From: Gemmatimonadota bacterium
GTDB taxonomy: Bacteria; Gemmatimonadota; Gemmatimonadetes; Longimicrobiales; Gaopeijiaceae
DNA length: 64,000 bases
Direction: 5' to 3'
NCBI GenBank assembly: GCA_016209885.1
Contig: JACQVF010000115.1
Span: 31,472-95,471, forward strand
A program made the translations under genes and the position numbers. Shown here piece after piece: positions 1 to 8,781 of this stretch (position 1 is its first letter; each line of letters opens with the position of its first letter). Below the pieces are notes generated by a model. The model was not told where the DNA came from, ran no database searches, and worked only from the letters and a program-made list of their open reading frames with translations.

Positions 1-1367
1 CCGAGCGATTCGGGCTCGGCTTCGCGCCGGCCGAGTGGAGTGCTCTGCGGAACGCGGCGGCGAAGCACGGCCTCGATGAAGCGCTCCTCCTGCGGGCCGG
101 CCTGCTCAAGGAGAGCGAGCGTGCGCAGGAGCCGTACGATCGCTTCCGTGACCGGCTGATGTTCCCGATCGAGGACGGGATGGGACGCGTGGTCGCCTTC
201 GGCGGGCGCGTCATCGGCCCCGCGGATGAGGGAGTGCCCAAGTACCTGAATTCCCCCGAGACCCCGATCTACCGCAAGGGCACGGTGCTCTACGGTCTCT
301 CGTGGGCCAAGGTCGCGATCCGGCGCGAAAGCGCAGCGCTCGTGGTGGAAGGCTACATGGACCTGGTCTCGCTCGCGGCTCGCGGCATCGAGCCCGTGGT
401 GGCGACGCTCGGGACTGCGATGACCGACGAGCATGCCCGGCTCGTCGCCCGCTACTGCAGCCGCGCCTTGCTCCTCTACGACAGCGATCTCGCCGGCCTG
501 CGGGCGACGTTTCGTGCGGGCGATGCGCTGCTCGCCGCAGGGGTTCATCCCTCTGTGGTGACGCTGCCGGCCGGCGACGATCCGGACTCGGTCGTGCGTC
601 GCCACGGCGTCGACGCGCTGCGGCGCTATCTCGCGGAGGCGGTCGACGTCCTGGACCGCAAGCTGCAGATTCTGGAGGAGCGTGGCGCGTTCACGACCAT
701 CGAGGGGACTCGGGATGCGCTGGATCGGCTGCTCCCCACGATCCGCTGTACCAAGGACGCGGCGCTGCGGGACATCTATGCGGCGAGAGTGGCAGAGCGC
801 ACCGGCGTACGGCGCGAAACGATCGAGGCGGAGCTCCTGCGGGGCGTGGCAGCGGGATCGCGCGGGGGCGGTCGTCCGGCTGCGGCGCCGCGGGGCAGAA
901 TCGGTCCGCTGCCTAGACTCGGCCCGGAGCGCAAGCTCCTGCTGCTCCTCGTGAAGGCGCGCGACTGGATTGACCGTGCGGTCGAGCGCCTCCACCCGGA
1001 GCAGTTCGGCGATCCAGCGCTGCGCGAGATCTTCGAGGCGCTGGTGGCAGACCCGGAGCTCAAGCACCCGCCGCCAGGGATGAGCCCGGGGGCGGCGACG
1101 CGGTTTGAGGAGCTCACGGGCGACCCCGAGATCCTGGCGCAGGCCGACCGCATCTTCGACGACTCGGTCAGGAAGATCTTGGTCCGGGATATCGACGCAC
1201 GCATCGCCGATGTCGACCGGCGCCTCGCGGAGGCCGCAGAATCTGAGCATTCGCGCCTGGTGCTCGAGAAGCAGGACCTCGCGCGGGCACATCGGGAACT
1301 TGATGAAGATTGGCGGCCCACGGCTCGCCGCTACGCGCAGACTGGGCTGCCCCGGCTCCAGCCGTAG
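1..1367 (+). CDS. dnaG: DNA primase DnaG, C-terminal portion (5' end cut by window edge)
   Basis: Frame continuous from position 1. Translation has TOPRIM-region motifs (LMFPIEDGMGRVVAFGGRVIG, KYLNSPETPIYRKG, EGYMDLVSLAARGI) typical of bacterial primase, plus the C-terminal helicase-interaction region. Confidence 0.85.
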   Translation, partial: ERFGLGFAPAEWSALRNAAAKHGLDEALLLRAGLLKESERAQEPYDRFRDRLMFPIEDGMGRVVAFGGRVIGPADEGVPKYLNSPETPIYRKGTVLYGLSWAKVAIRRESAALVVEGYMDLVSLAARGIEPVVATLGTAMTDEHARLVARYCSRALLLYDSDLAGLRATFRAGDALLAAGVHPSVVTLPAGDDPDSVVRRHGVDALRRYLAEAVDVLDRKLQILEERGAFTTIEGTRDALDRLLPTIRCTKDAALRDIYAARVAERTGVRRETIEAELLRGVAAGSRGGGRPAAAPRGRIGPLPRLGPERKLLLLLVKARDWIDRAVERLHPEQFGDPALREIFEALVADPELKHPPPGMSPGAATRFEELTGDPEILAQADRIFDDSVRKILVRDIDARIADVDRRLAEAAESEHSRLVLEKQDLARAHRELDEDWRPTARRYAQTGLPRLQP

Positions 1368-1379
1368 CCAGGCATACCA

Positions 1380-1403
1380 GGTCGCTGAAGCTCTTCAGCG
1401 ACC
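1380..1403 (+). terminator. Post-stop palindromic hairpin GGTCGCTGAAG-CT-CTTCAGCGACC (no U-tract); member of a repeated motif
   Basis: Perfect 11-bp inverted repeat starting 13 nt after the dnaG TAG. The same 11-mer recurs after the rex and recJ stop codons. Confidence 0.4.
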
Positions 1404-1530
1404 GGCCAGGACGGGACGGGCGGTGCGGGCGCGGGCGAGGCGAAGGCGATGGGTGGAGGGCACGGAGCGAAGAGGATGGAGCCGGATTGAACGGAGCGCG
1501 AGCCTGGCATCGCGACGGGGCGCGGAGGAT

Positions 1531-2256
1531 GTGCGCACGGACATTTCCGAGACTCTGGAATCGCTGAAGGCGCTGCAGAGGCTGGACGCGGAGATCGCCG
1601 ACGCGGAGCGGCGCGTGGAAGACATTGAGCCGCGGCTCGCCGAGCTGGAGGCGCCCGCTCACGCGCTGGAGGTCGAGGCGGAGGCCGCGCGCACGCGCAT
1701 CCGGGAGATGCGGATGGACGAGCGCCGCCTCGAGCGCGTGGCCGACGAGAAGCGCCAGCGGCTCCGCCAGCTCGAGGAGCGCCTCAACCTGGTGCGCAAC
1801 GTGCGGGAGGAAGCGGCGGTGCGTGCAGAGATCGACCTGGTGCGCCGCGCCGCGGAGACGGATGAGCAGGAGGCCCTCGAGCTGCTCGACCAGATTCGCC
1901 GTACCGAGGTGCGCCTGCAGGAGCTGGAAGGGAAACTGGAGTCCGCTCGGGGGGAGATCGGGCCGCAACGCCAGGCGTTCCTGGAAGTGCAGCGGACCGC
2001 CCAGGAGCAGTTGGCGATCCTCCGGGACCGGCGGGCGAACCACGCGGTTCGCATCGGCGCCGCGGCGCGCGAGGCGTACGAGCGTGTGCGCTCGGGACGC
2101 ACGCGGATGGCGGTGGCGGTACTCACGGAGGACGGTGCCTGCGGCCATTGCTTCAGCGTCGTCCCGCTCCAGCGGCAGTGGGAGATCCGGCGCGGTGCTG
2201 CACTGATTCACTGTGAGGCCTGTGGCGTGATCCTCGCGCCCCCCGATTCGCCGTAG
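1531..2256 (+). CDS. Zinc-ribbon domain protein (COG1579-like coiled-coil protein with C-terminal CxxC...CxxC)
   Basis: In-frame GTG at 1531. Long charged coiled-coil region followed by CGHCFSVVP...CEACGVIL C4 zinc ribbon. Length ~241 aa fits this family. Confidence 0.6.
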   Translation: MRTDISETLESLKALQRLDAEIADAERRVEDIEPRLAELEAPAHALEVEAEAARTRIREMRMDERRLERVADEKRQRLRQLEERLNLVRNVREEAAVRAEIDLVRRAAETDEQEALELLDQIRRTEVRLQELEGKLESARGEIGPQRQAFLEVQRTAQEQLAILRDRRANHAVRIGAAAREAYERVRSGRTRMAVAVLTEDGACGHCFSVVPLQRQWEIRRGAALIHCEACGVILAPPDSP

Positions 2257-2261
2257 GATCC

Positions 2262-4010
2262 GTGACCGTGGCCACTCTGGTCTCGGCGCCGAAGCCCCGC
2301 TGGTCCGTTGCAGCGCCCCCGGACCCGGAGGTCGTGCGGCGGCTGGTGGGGGAGCTCCACCTTCCTGAGCCCATGTGCGCGCTCCTCGCTGTCCGGGGCT
2401 ACGGCGATCCCGAGGCCGCGAAGGCGTTCCTGCGGCCGCGGCTCGACCATCTGCATCCACCGGAGCTCCTGACGGACGCGGAACGCGCGGTGACGCGGAT
2501 CGCACGGGCCGTGGAGCAGGGTGAGAAGATCCTGGTCCATGGCGACTACGACGTGGATGGTGCGTGCGGGACGGCGCTGCTCACGCGGTGGCTCCGCGAG
2601 CTAGGCGGCCGGACGGTGCCGTTCGCGCCGCACCGGCTGCGCGACGGCTACGATTTCGGGGAGGCGGGACTGGCCGCGGCGGCGGCAGCGGGCGCCACGC
2701 TGGTGGTGACTGTGGACTGCGGGGTCACGGCGGGGGACGCCATCGCCAGGGCGGCGAGCCTCGGCATCGACGTGATCGTCACGGACCATCATCGCCCCGG
2801 GGAGCAGCTTCCCCCGGCTGCCGCGGTGGTGAACCCGAACCGCGAGGACTGCGGCTACCCGGAGAAGGGCCTCTGCGGCACGGGTGTCGCATTCAAGTTG
2901 TGCCAGGCGCTGGCGCGCCGCTTCGATCGGCCCGACAGCGAGCTGTATGCACACCTGGACCTGGTTGCCCTCGCCACCGTGGCAGACCTGGTCCCGCTCA
3001 CCGGCGAGAACCGTGTGCTGACGCGCTTCGGCCTCCGGGTCCTGGAGCGCACGCGCAAGCCCGGGCTGCGTGCGCTCCTCCGGGTCACGGGACTGCAGAA
3101 CCACCGGCTGGACGCCGGCCACGCGGCCTTCGTGCTCGCCCCGCGGATCAACGCAGTCGGGCGACTCGCGAATGCGCGGACCGCGGTCAAGCTTCTGCTG
3201 ACGGACGACGATGCGGAGGCCGAGGCGCTGGCCGCCACGCTGGACGCCTGGAATCGAAGCCGGCAGGACGAGGACCGCCGGACCCTCGACGACGCGCTCG
3301 AGCTCCTGGCCGGGGACTTCGATGCAGAGTCGCATTTCGGGATCGTGCTGGCCTCCGAGCGGTGGCACCCGGGGGTCATCGGGATCGTCGCGTCGCGCGT
3401 GGTGGAGCGGGTCCACCGGCCGACGGTTCTGGTGGCGCTCTCGGGCGAACGCGGCCGCGGAAGCGCTCGCTCGATTCCGGGCTTCCACCTCTACGAGGCG
3501 CTGGTGGCCTGCCGCCGATACCTGTTGCGGTTCGGCGGTCACCGCTACGCGGCAGGGATGGACGTGCGGCGGCGTGAGCTGCCGGCGTTCCGGGAAGCGT
3601 TCAACCGCGAGGCCGCGGAGCGCCTGCGGGGCTTCGACCTGCGCCCGGAGATCGCGGGCGACTTGGAGATCATCCTGGGCGACCTCACGGAGGATCTGCA
3701 CCACTATCTTCACTACATGGGCCCCTTCGGGCTGGGGAATCCGCGGCCGGTCTTCATCTCGAGGGCCGTGGAGGTGGCGGTGCCGCCGCGGGTCGTCGGC
3801 CGCGGCCACCTCAAGCTCGAGCTCGCGCAGGACGATCGCCGCATGGACGCGATCGGGTTTCGTCTCGCGGATCGGCTCGGCATGACGGCCGCGGCGGCGG
3901 GCAGAGCCGTGGACGTCGTGTTCCATTTGCACGAGAACCGACACCGCGGCGCGCGGACCCTCCAGGCGAAGCTTCTCGACCTCCAGCCTCCAGGCCGCGG
4001 GCCAACCTGA
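2262..4010 (+). CDS. recJ: Single-stranded-DNA-specific exonuclease RecJ
   Basis: DHH motifs (ILVHGDYDVDGACGTALL, DVIVTDHH) and DHHA1-like region; ~580 aa. Confidence 0.9.
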   Translation: MTVATLVSAPKPRWSVAAPPDPEVVRRLVGELHLPEPMCALLAVRGYGDPEAAKAFLRPRLDHLHPPELLTDAERAVTRIARAVEQGEKILVHGDYDVDGACGTALLTRWLRELGGRTVPFAPHRLRDGYDFGEAGLAAAAAAGATLVVTVDCGVTAGDAIARAASLGIDVIVTDHHRPGEQLPPAAAVVNPNREDCGYPEKGLCGTGVAFKLCQALARRFDRPDSELYAHLDLVALATVADLVPLTGENRVLTRFGLRVLERTRKPGLRALLRVTGLQNHRLDAGHAAFVLAPRINAVGRLANARTAVKLLLTDDDAEAEALAATLDAWNRSRQDEDRRTLDDALELLAGDFDAESHFGIVLASERWHPGVIGIVASRVVERVHRPTVLVALSGERGRGSARSIPGFHLYEALVACRRYLLRFGGHRYAAGMDVRRRELPAFREAFNREAAERLRGFDLRPEIAGDLEIILGDLTEDLHHYLHYMGPFGLGNPRPVFISRAVEVAVPPRVVGRGHLKLELAQDDRRMDAIGFRLADRLGMTAAAAGRAVDVVFHLHENRHRGARTLQAKLLDLQPPGRGPT

Positions 4011-4057
4011 CGGGTCGCTGAAGAACTCCGGCGAGCTGCCAAGGGGAATGGGGCGGC

Positions 4058-4585
4058 GTGCGGATCATCGCGGGACGCTGGCGCGGACGGAGGCTGAGGG
4101 TCCCGAAGGGGCGAGGGGTCCGGCCGACGGCCGACCGTGTGCGCGAGGCGTGGATGGCTGCGCTCGGCGCGCGCCTCGAGGGTGCGCGCGTGCTGGACCT
4201 CTTCGCGGGCTCCGGTGCCCTCGGCCTCGAGGCGCTGTCCCGGGGGGCGGCCAACGTGACGTTCGTGGAGAGCGACGGCGCCGCGCTCCGCGTGCTGGCG
4301 GAGAACGTGGCGCTCCTGGGGGCTGGCGGCCTGGTCCGGGTGGTCCGCCGCGATGCGCTGCGGTATGTTTCGCGCCTCGAACCGCTGGCCTTCGACATCG
4401 CCTTGGCGGACCCGCCGTACGAACGGGGACTCGCCGCCCGGCTCATCACGGCGTACCTGGCGCACCCGTTTGCGCACGAGCTGTGGGTCGAGCACCGCGC
4501 GTCGGAGCCGGTGCCGGGGGGCGCGCGTACGAGCCAGCGCCGCTACGGAGACACCATCCTCACCTTCGTCACGGCACGCGAATGA
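4058..4585 (+). CDS. rsmD: 16S rRNA (guanine966-N2)-methyltransferase RsmD
   Basis: GTG start. MRIIAGRWRGRRL N-terminus, LDLFAGSGALGLEALSRGA SAM motif, DPPY motif. Confidence 0.8.
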   Translation: MRIIAGRWRGRRLRVPKGRGVRPTADRVREAWMAALGARLEGARVLDLFAGSGALGLEALSRGAANVTFVESDGAALRVLAENVALLGAGGLVRVVRRDALRYVSRLEPLAFDIALADPPYERGLAARLITAYLAHPFAHELWVEHRASEPVPGGARTSQRRYGDTILTFVTARE

Positions 4586-5082
4586 ACTCTGAGCAAGCTC
4601 TGATCGCGATCTATCCCGGGTCGTTCGATCCCCTCACGGTGGGGCACGAGGATCTTGCGAGGCGCACCCTGATCTTCGCTGACCGCGTCATTGTGGCCGT
4701 GGCGCGGCGGGCCACCCATCAGAAGATGCTGCTCTTCAGCGTGGAGGAGCGGCTGGAGATGCTGCGGGAGGTGTTCGCGGGCGAGGACCGGATCGAGTGC
4801 GACACCTTCGATGGGTTGCTCGTGGATTTCGCTCGAGCACGGGGCGCACGCTTCGTGATCCGCGGACTGCGCGCTGTCTCGGACTTCGAATACGAGTTCC
4901 AGATGGCGCAGATGAACCGGGAGCTGTCGAACCAGATCGAGACGCTGTTCCTGATTCCCGATCTGGCGTACTCGTTCCTGTCCGCCTCACTGGTGCGCGA
5001 GGTGGCGAGTCTCGGCGGCGATGTGTCGCGCTTTGTGTCCGCGCCAGTGCTTCGACGGCTGAACGAACGATTCAGGCGTTGA
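4582..5082 (+). CDS. coaD: Phosphopantetheine adenylyltransferase
   Basis: ATG overlaps the rsmD stop (ATGA). [18 protein letters not shown] HxGH-type nucleotidyltransferase motif; 166 aa. Confidence 0.9.
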   Translation: MNSEQALIAIYPGSFDPLTVGHEDLARRTLIFADRVIVAVARRATHQKMLLFSVEERLEMLREVFAGEDRIECDTFDGLLVDFARARGARFVIRGLRAVSDFEYEFQMAQMNRELSNQIETLFLIPDLAYSFLSASLVREVASLGGDVSRFVSAPVLRRLNERFRR

Positions 5083-6107
5083 GCTTCCTGGTCGACTTGC
5101 ACGCCCGGGCGCGGGCACGGAGCGCCCGCATCGCGTTTCCCGAGGCGCTGGATACGCGCACCCTCGACGCGGTACGCCGGCTGGCGCGCGGGAGGCTGGC
5201 GCGACCCGTGCTCGTGGGCCCGCGGGACGCGGTGTCCCGCGCGCTCGCGGAGCGCGGGATCGCCGACGCGGGGATCGAGATCGTCGACCCCGCCAGCGAC
5301 GCGCGCGCTCCGCAGCTTGCCGCCGAGCTGCATGCCGTCCGCCGGGACAGGGCGATGACGCTGGAGGAGGCGCAGCTCCGTGCGCGCGAGCCCCTCTTCT
5401 TCGCGGCGCTGCTGCTCGGGACCGGCGCCGTCGACGGCTGCGTCGCGGGCGCGACGCACACCTCGTCGGATGTGCTGCGGGCTGGACTCTGGTGCGTGCG
5501 CGCTGCCGCCGGGATTCGCACCGTTTCGGCGTCCTTCTACATGGTCGTCCGCGACTTCCGCGGCTCTGCCGAGGAGGTGCTGAGCTTCACCGATGCGGGC
5601 GTGGTCCCGGACCCGGACGCCGAGCAGCTTGCCGAGATCGCGGCGGCTGCGGCCGATGCGCGGCGGCTCGTCGTGGGCGACGCGCCGGCCGTCGCGTTCC
5701 TCTCCTATTCCACGAAAGGGAGTGCGGAAGGGCCCAGTGTCTCGCGCGTGCGCGAGGCGTTGGCCCGCTTCCGCGTGCTGCGGCCCGATGTGCCCGCCGA
5801 CGGCGAGCTCCAGGCGGATGCGGCGCTCGTCCTCGCCGTGGCCGCCCGCAAGGCGCCAGGTTCGCCGGTGAGCGGCCGCGCGAACGTGCTCGTCTTCCCG
5901 AACCTCGACGCTGCGAACATCGCCTACAAGCTGGTGGAGCGGCTGGCCGGGGCCATTGCGCTGGGACCCATCGTCCAGGGGCTCGTGCGCCCGCTGAACG
6001 ACCTGTCCCGGGGCGCGAGCGCGGACGACATCGTCCATGTCGCGTGCATTACGGCGGTGATGGCGGCGGGCCAGCGGCGGGCCAGCGGCGGGCCAGCAGC
6101 GGGCTAG
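5079..6107 (+). CDS. pta: Phosphate acetyltransferase / phosphotransacylase (start codon uncertain, probably TTG 5079)
   Basis: Pta/PtaB-type motifs ([36 protein letters not shown]); ~340 aa. The stop codon lies inside an 11-bp tandem repeat. Confidence 0.75.
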   Translation: MSFLVDLHARARARSARIAFPEALDTRTLDAVRRLARGRLARPVLVGPRDAVSRALAERGIADAGIEIVDPASDARAPQLAAELHAVRRDRAMTLEEAQLRAREPLFFAALLLGTGAVDGCVAGATHTSSDVLRAGLWCVRAAAGIRTVSASFYMVVRDFRGSAEEVLSFTDAGVVPDPDAEQLAEIAAAAADARRLVVGDAPAVAFLSYSTKGSAEGPSVSRVREALARFRVLRPDVPADGELQADAALVLAVAARKAPGSPVSGRANVLVFPNLDAANIAYKLVERLAGAIALGPIVQGLVRPLNDLSRGASADDIVHVACITAVMAAGQRRASGGPAAG

Positions 6108-6140
6108 CAGCGGGCTAGCAGCGGGCTAGCAGCGGGCCGG
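6068..6140. repeat. Tandem repeat, 11-bp unit GGGC(C/T)AGC(G/A)GC, about 6.5 copies
   Basis: Directly visible: gggccagcggc x2, gggccagcagc x1, gggctagcagc x3, then a partial unit. Overlaps the last codons and the TAG stop of pta. Confidence 0.85.
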
Positions 6141-6242
6141 CTTGCCACCCCGCAGGATCGGCGACATTATTCCACAATTCCCGCCGCGCTTCGGGCGCAG
6201 GGCGGCGGGTCCGTGCGGCGCGGAGACCAGGCTGGAGGAACG

Positions 6243-6575
6243 ATGGGGTTCGAGGTCGACAAGTTCGGCGACGTGACCGTGGTGGACGTCCACGGGCAGC
6301 TTATCGTAGGGAACCGCCAGGAGCTCAAGCAGCGGGTGCTCCAGGAGCTCGAGCGCGGCGCACGCAAGTTCGTAATCGATTTTGGGAACACGGGGTATAT
6401 CGACTCCTCAGGGCTCGGCGTGCTGGTCAGTCTGTCCAAGAAGATCCGCGAGCACGGCGGTGAGCTGCGGCTCTCGGGCCTGAACGAAGACCTGCGCACA
6501 CTCTTCGAGCTCACGAAGCTCGATACGCTCTTCGAGATCTCAGACAGCCGCGAGGGGGCACTGCAAGGCTTCTAG
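6243..6575 (+). CDS. STAS-domain anti-sigma-factor antagonist (SpoIIAA/RsbV-like)
   Basis: GGAGG 5 nt upstream of the ATG. DSSGLGVLV motif carrying the conserved phosphorylatable Ser; 110 aa. Confidence 0.8.
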   Translation: MGFEVDKFGDVTVVDVHGQLIVGNRQELKQRVLQELERGARKFVIDFGNTGYIDSSGLGVLVSLSKKIREHGGELRLSGLNEDLRTLFELTKLDTLFEISDSREGALQGF

Positions 6576-6694
6576 CGCGACGCCGCGGCGCTGCTGGCGG
6601 GAGCCGGGGCGCAGAGCCGCTGGCGCGTCGGAGCGTCACGGCCGTCGCTGGCGGCGCTCCGCCGGTGCGACCGCGACAGGGCCGGGAGAGAATC

Positions 6695-7138
6695 ATGGAG
6701 CCGGAGCTCGTTCTCGAGCTACCCAACGATTTGCGTGCCATCGGGCGCGCCGTGGAGTTCGTGGTGCAGCGGTGTCGGGGGATCCCGACGGATGAGCGCA
6801 AGCTGCGGCTGAACCTGCGGGTGGGCCTCACGGAAGCGCTTTCCAACGCCATGCTCTACGGCAACGGTCGCGACCCCGCGAAGCGAGTGCTGGTCGAGTT
6901 CTCCTGCGTCAGCGGCTGCGTGGTGACCCGGGTGACGGACGAGGGGCCCGGCTTCGACCCCGTGCGCGTGCCCGATCCCACGGCGCCGGCGAACATCACG
7001 AAGGTCGGGGGCCGCGGGCTCTTCCTCATGCGGGCGCTCATGGATGAGGTGCAGTTCAACCCGGCGGGCAACTCCGTGACCCTGGTGCTACGCTTCTCGC
7101 CCCTGGATCCGTCGGCATCGGCGGGAGCCCATGCATGA
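6695..7138 (+). CDS. Anti-sigma regulatory factor Ser/Thr kinase (RsbW/SpoIIAB-like, HATPase_c)
   Basis: EALSNAMLYG N-box, DEGPGFDP G1 box, GGRGLFLMRALMDEV G2 box; ~147 aa. Confidence 0.75.
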   Translation: MEPELVLELPNDLRAIGRAVEFVVQRCRGIPTDERKLRLNLRVGLTEALSNAMLYGNGRDPAKRVLVEFSCVSGCVVTRVTDEGPGFDPVRVPDPTAPANITKVGGRGLFLMRALMDEVQFNPAGNSVTLVLRFSPLDPSASAGAHA

Positions 7139-8769
7139 GGCGGGAGGCGGTCCCGGGCTGGACGCTCCCGGAGGCGGTCCGGGAGGCGCTGGACGATTTT
7201 CGGCGCGAGTTCGGCTGGGACGTCCATATCTGGGCCGCGCCGAACGGCGCTCGGCGCGTTCACCTCTACCCACGCGATGCGGCGGCGGGCGACATGCGCC
7301 CGGACAGCCTGGTGCGGGCCGTCTCGCCGCGGGACGGCCCGCCCCTTGAGATCGAGCTGCGCGCACCGTCCCCCCTCGCCCCCCAAGTCCTCGCTTTCCT
7401 AGCCGCCACCGTAGATCGGATCCTGGCGTTCGACCGCGAGGTTCGTTTTTTCACTCGCGAGCTCGTGGAGCGGTACGAGGAGATCAATCTGCTGTACTCG
7501 ATCAGCGAGACGCTGGGCTCGATCCTGACGTTGAAGGACGCGGCGCGTGCCATCCTGGGCGAGGTGAGCGACGTGATGGGGGCCCGCCGTGCCGCGCTCT
7601 GGGTGTACGAGCCCGAGGACGCACATCTGCATCTCGTGGCCGCGGTGGGAGAGGAAGGTCTGCAGGGACCGCTTGCCGCGGACGATGCGCAGGCGGTCAC
7701 GGCGCGCGTCTTTCGGGAGCGCACGCCGCTCATCCTGGACCGGGAGCCGGTCCCGGAGTACGCGGGCGCCGATGAGGGAGGGGCGCAGCCGAAGGCCGGG
7801 CGCAAGGGCCCGCGGCGCGCGCCGCGGCGGACGCGCACGCGTGAGTCCGATTCGTTCCTCTCGGTGCCCATCCGCTACTCACCGCCGCAGGGCGAGCCAC
7901 GCACCGTGGGGGTCGTGAACCTCATCGGGCGGCGGAACGGCGGTCGCTTCACCCCGGCCGACCAGAAGCTGTTGTCGGCGATTGCCAGCCAGATCGGGGC
8001 GGCCATCGAAAACAGCCGGCTGGTGCGGGAGAGTCTGCGCCGGGAGCGCATCTCCCGCGAGATGGAGCTGGCCCACGACCTCCAGATGAAGCTGCTTCCG
8101 TCTCTGGAGCACATCGGGGGCGCGGAGATCGCGGCCCGCTGCGAGCCCGCGGAGCTGGTAGGCGGCGACTTCTACCAGCTCTTCCGGCTGGCGGGTGGAC
8201 GCATCGGCGTAATGATCGGCGACGTCTCGACTCACGGGTTCGGCGCCGCCCTCATCATGGCGCTGGCCACCAGCGCGGCGGGCATCTACGCCCACAGTGA
8301 CGCCACGCCGGCCGAGGTCCTGAGCCACATGCACGCCGCGCTCATCGACGAGCTGGAAAGCACGGAGATGTACCTCACGCTCTTCTACGGCGTGCTGGAT
8401 CCCGCGGCCGGCGAGCTGGTCTACGCGAACGCGGGGCACCCGCACGCGTTCCGTGTGCGCCGCGGCGGACCGGCGGTGCGGCTCGCGGCCGCGGACCCGC
8501 CCTTTGCGATCACGAGCGAGCGGGAGTACCACCAGGCGCGTACGACCTGGGCCGCGGGAGAGGATATGCTGCTCCTCTTCACGGACGGGCTCTCCGACGC
8601 GCTGGCCACCGAGGGCCGGAATCAGGGCGAGCGCCGCGTGCTCGATGAGGTCCGCCGGACGGACGACGCGCCGCTCCGCGCCATCGTCGACCGGCTCTTC
8701 GCCCTGGCTGCCGAGGTGGGGAGGGAGGTCCGCGGCGACGACCGTACGGCGATCCTGATCCGCACGTGA
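7135..8769 (+). CDS. GAF-domain PP2C-family phosphatase (SpoIIE/RsbU-like)
   Basis: ATG overlaps the upstream stop. N-terminal GAF-like region, C-terminal PP2C region (GGDFY, IGDVSTHGFGAALIMA, FTDGLSDA); 544 aa. Confidence 0.8.
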   Translation: MRREAVPGWTLPEAVREALDDFRREFGWDVHIWAAPNGARRVHLYPRDAAAGDMRPDSLVRAVSPRDGPPLEIELRAPSPLAPQVLAFLAATVDRILAFDREVRFFTRELVERYEEINLLYSISETLGSILTLKDAARAILGEVSDVMGARRAALWVYEPEDAHLHLVAAVGEEGLQGPLAADDAQAVTARVFRERTPLILDREPVPEYAGADEGGAQPKAGRKGPRRAPRRTRTRESDSFLSVPIRYSPPQGEPRTVGVVNLIGRRNGGRFTPADQKLLSAIASQIGAAIENSRLVRESLRRERISREMELAHDLQMKLLPSLEHIGGAEIAARCEPAELVGGDFYQLFRLAGGRIGVMIGDVSTHGFGAALIMALATSAAGIYAHSDATPAEVLSHMHAALIDELESTEMYLTLFYGVLDPAAGELVYANAGHPHAFRVRRGGPAVRLAAADPPFAITSEREYHQARTTWAAGEDMLLLFTDGLSDALATEGRNQGERRVLDEVRRTDDAPLRAIVDRLFALAAEVGREVRGDDRTAILIRT

Positions 8770-8781
8770 CGGGATCGGCCC

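Noticed and set aside
302-2505. Several overlapping + and - ORFs (302-916, 776-1321, 1168-2505, 1625-2206) across dnaG and the zinc-ribbon gene
   Set aside because: Alternative frames of well-supported genes; all are Arg/Ala/Pro/Ser-rich with no motifs.
6068-6140. CRISPR array
   Set aside because: Repeats are 11 bp, directly tandem with no spacers; this is not a CRISPR. The same applies to the 14-bp repeats at 50293 and the 10-bp aagcggtaag repeats at 31493-31520.
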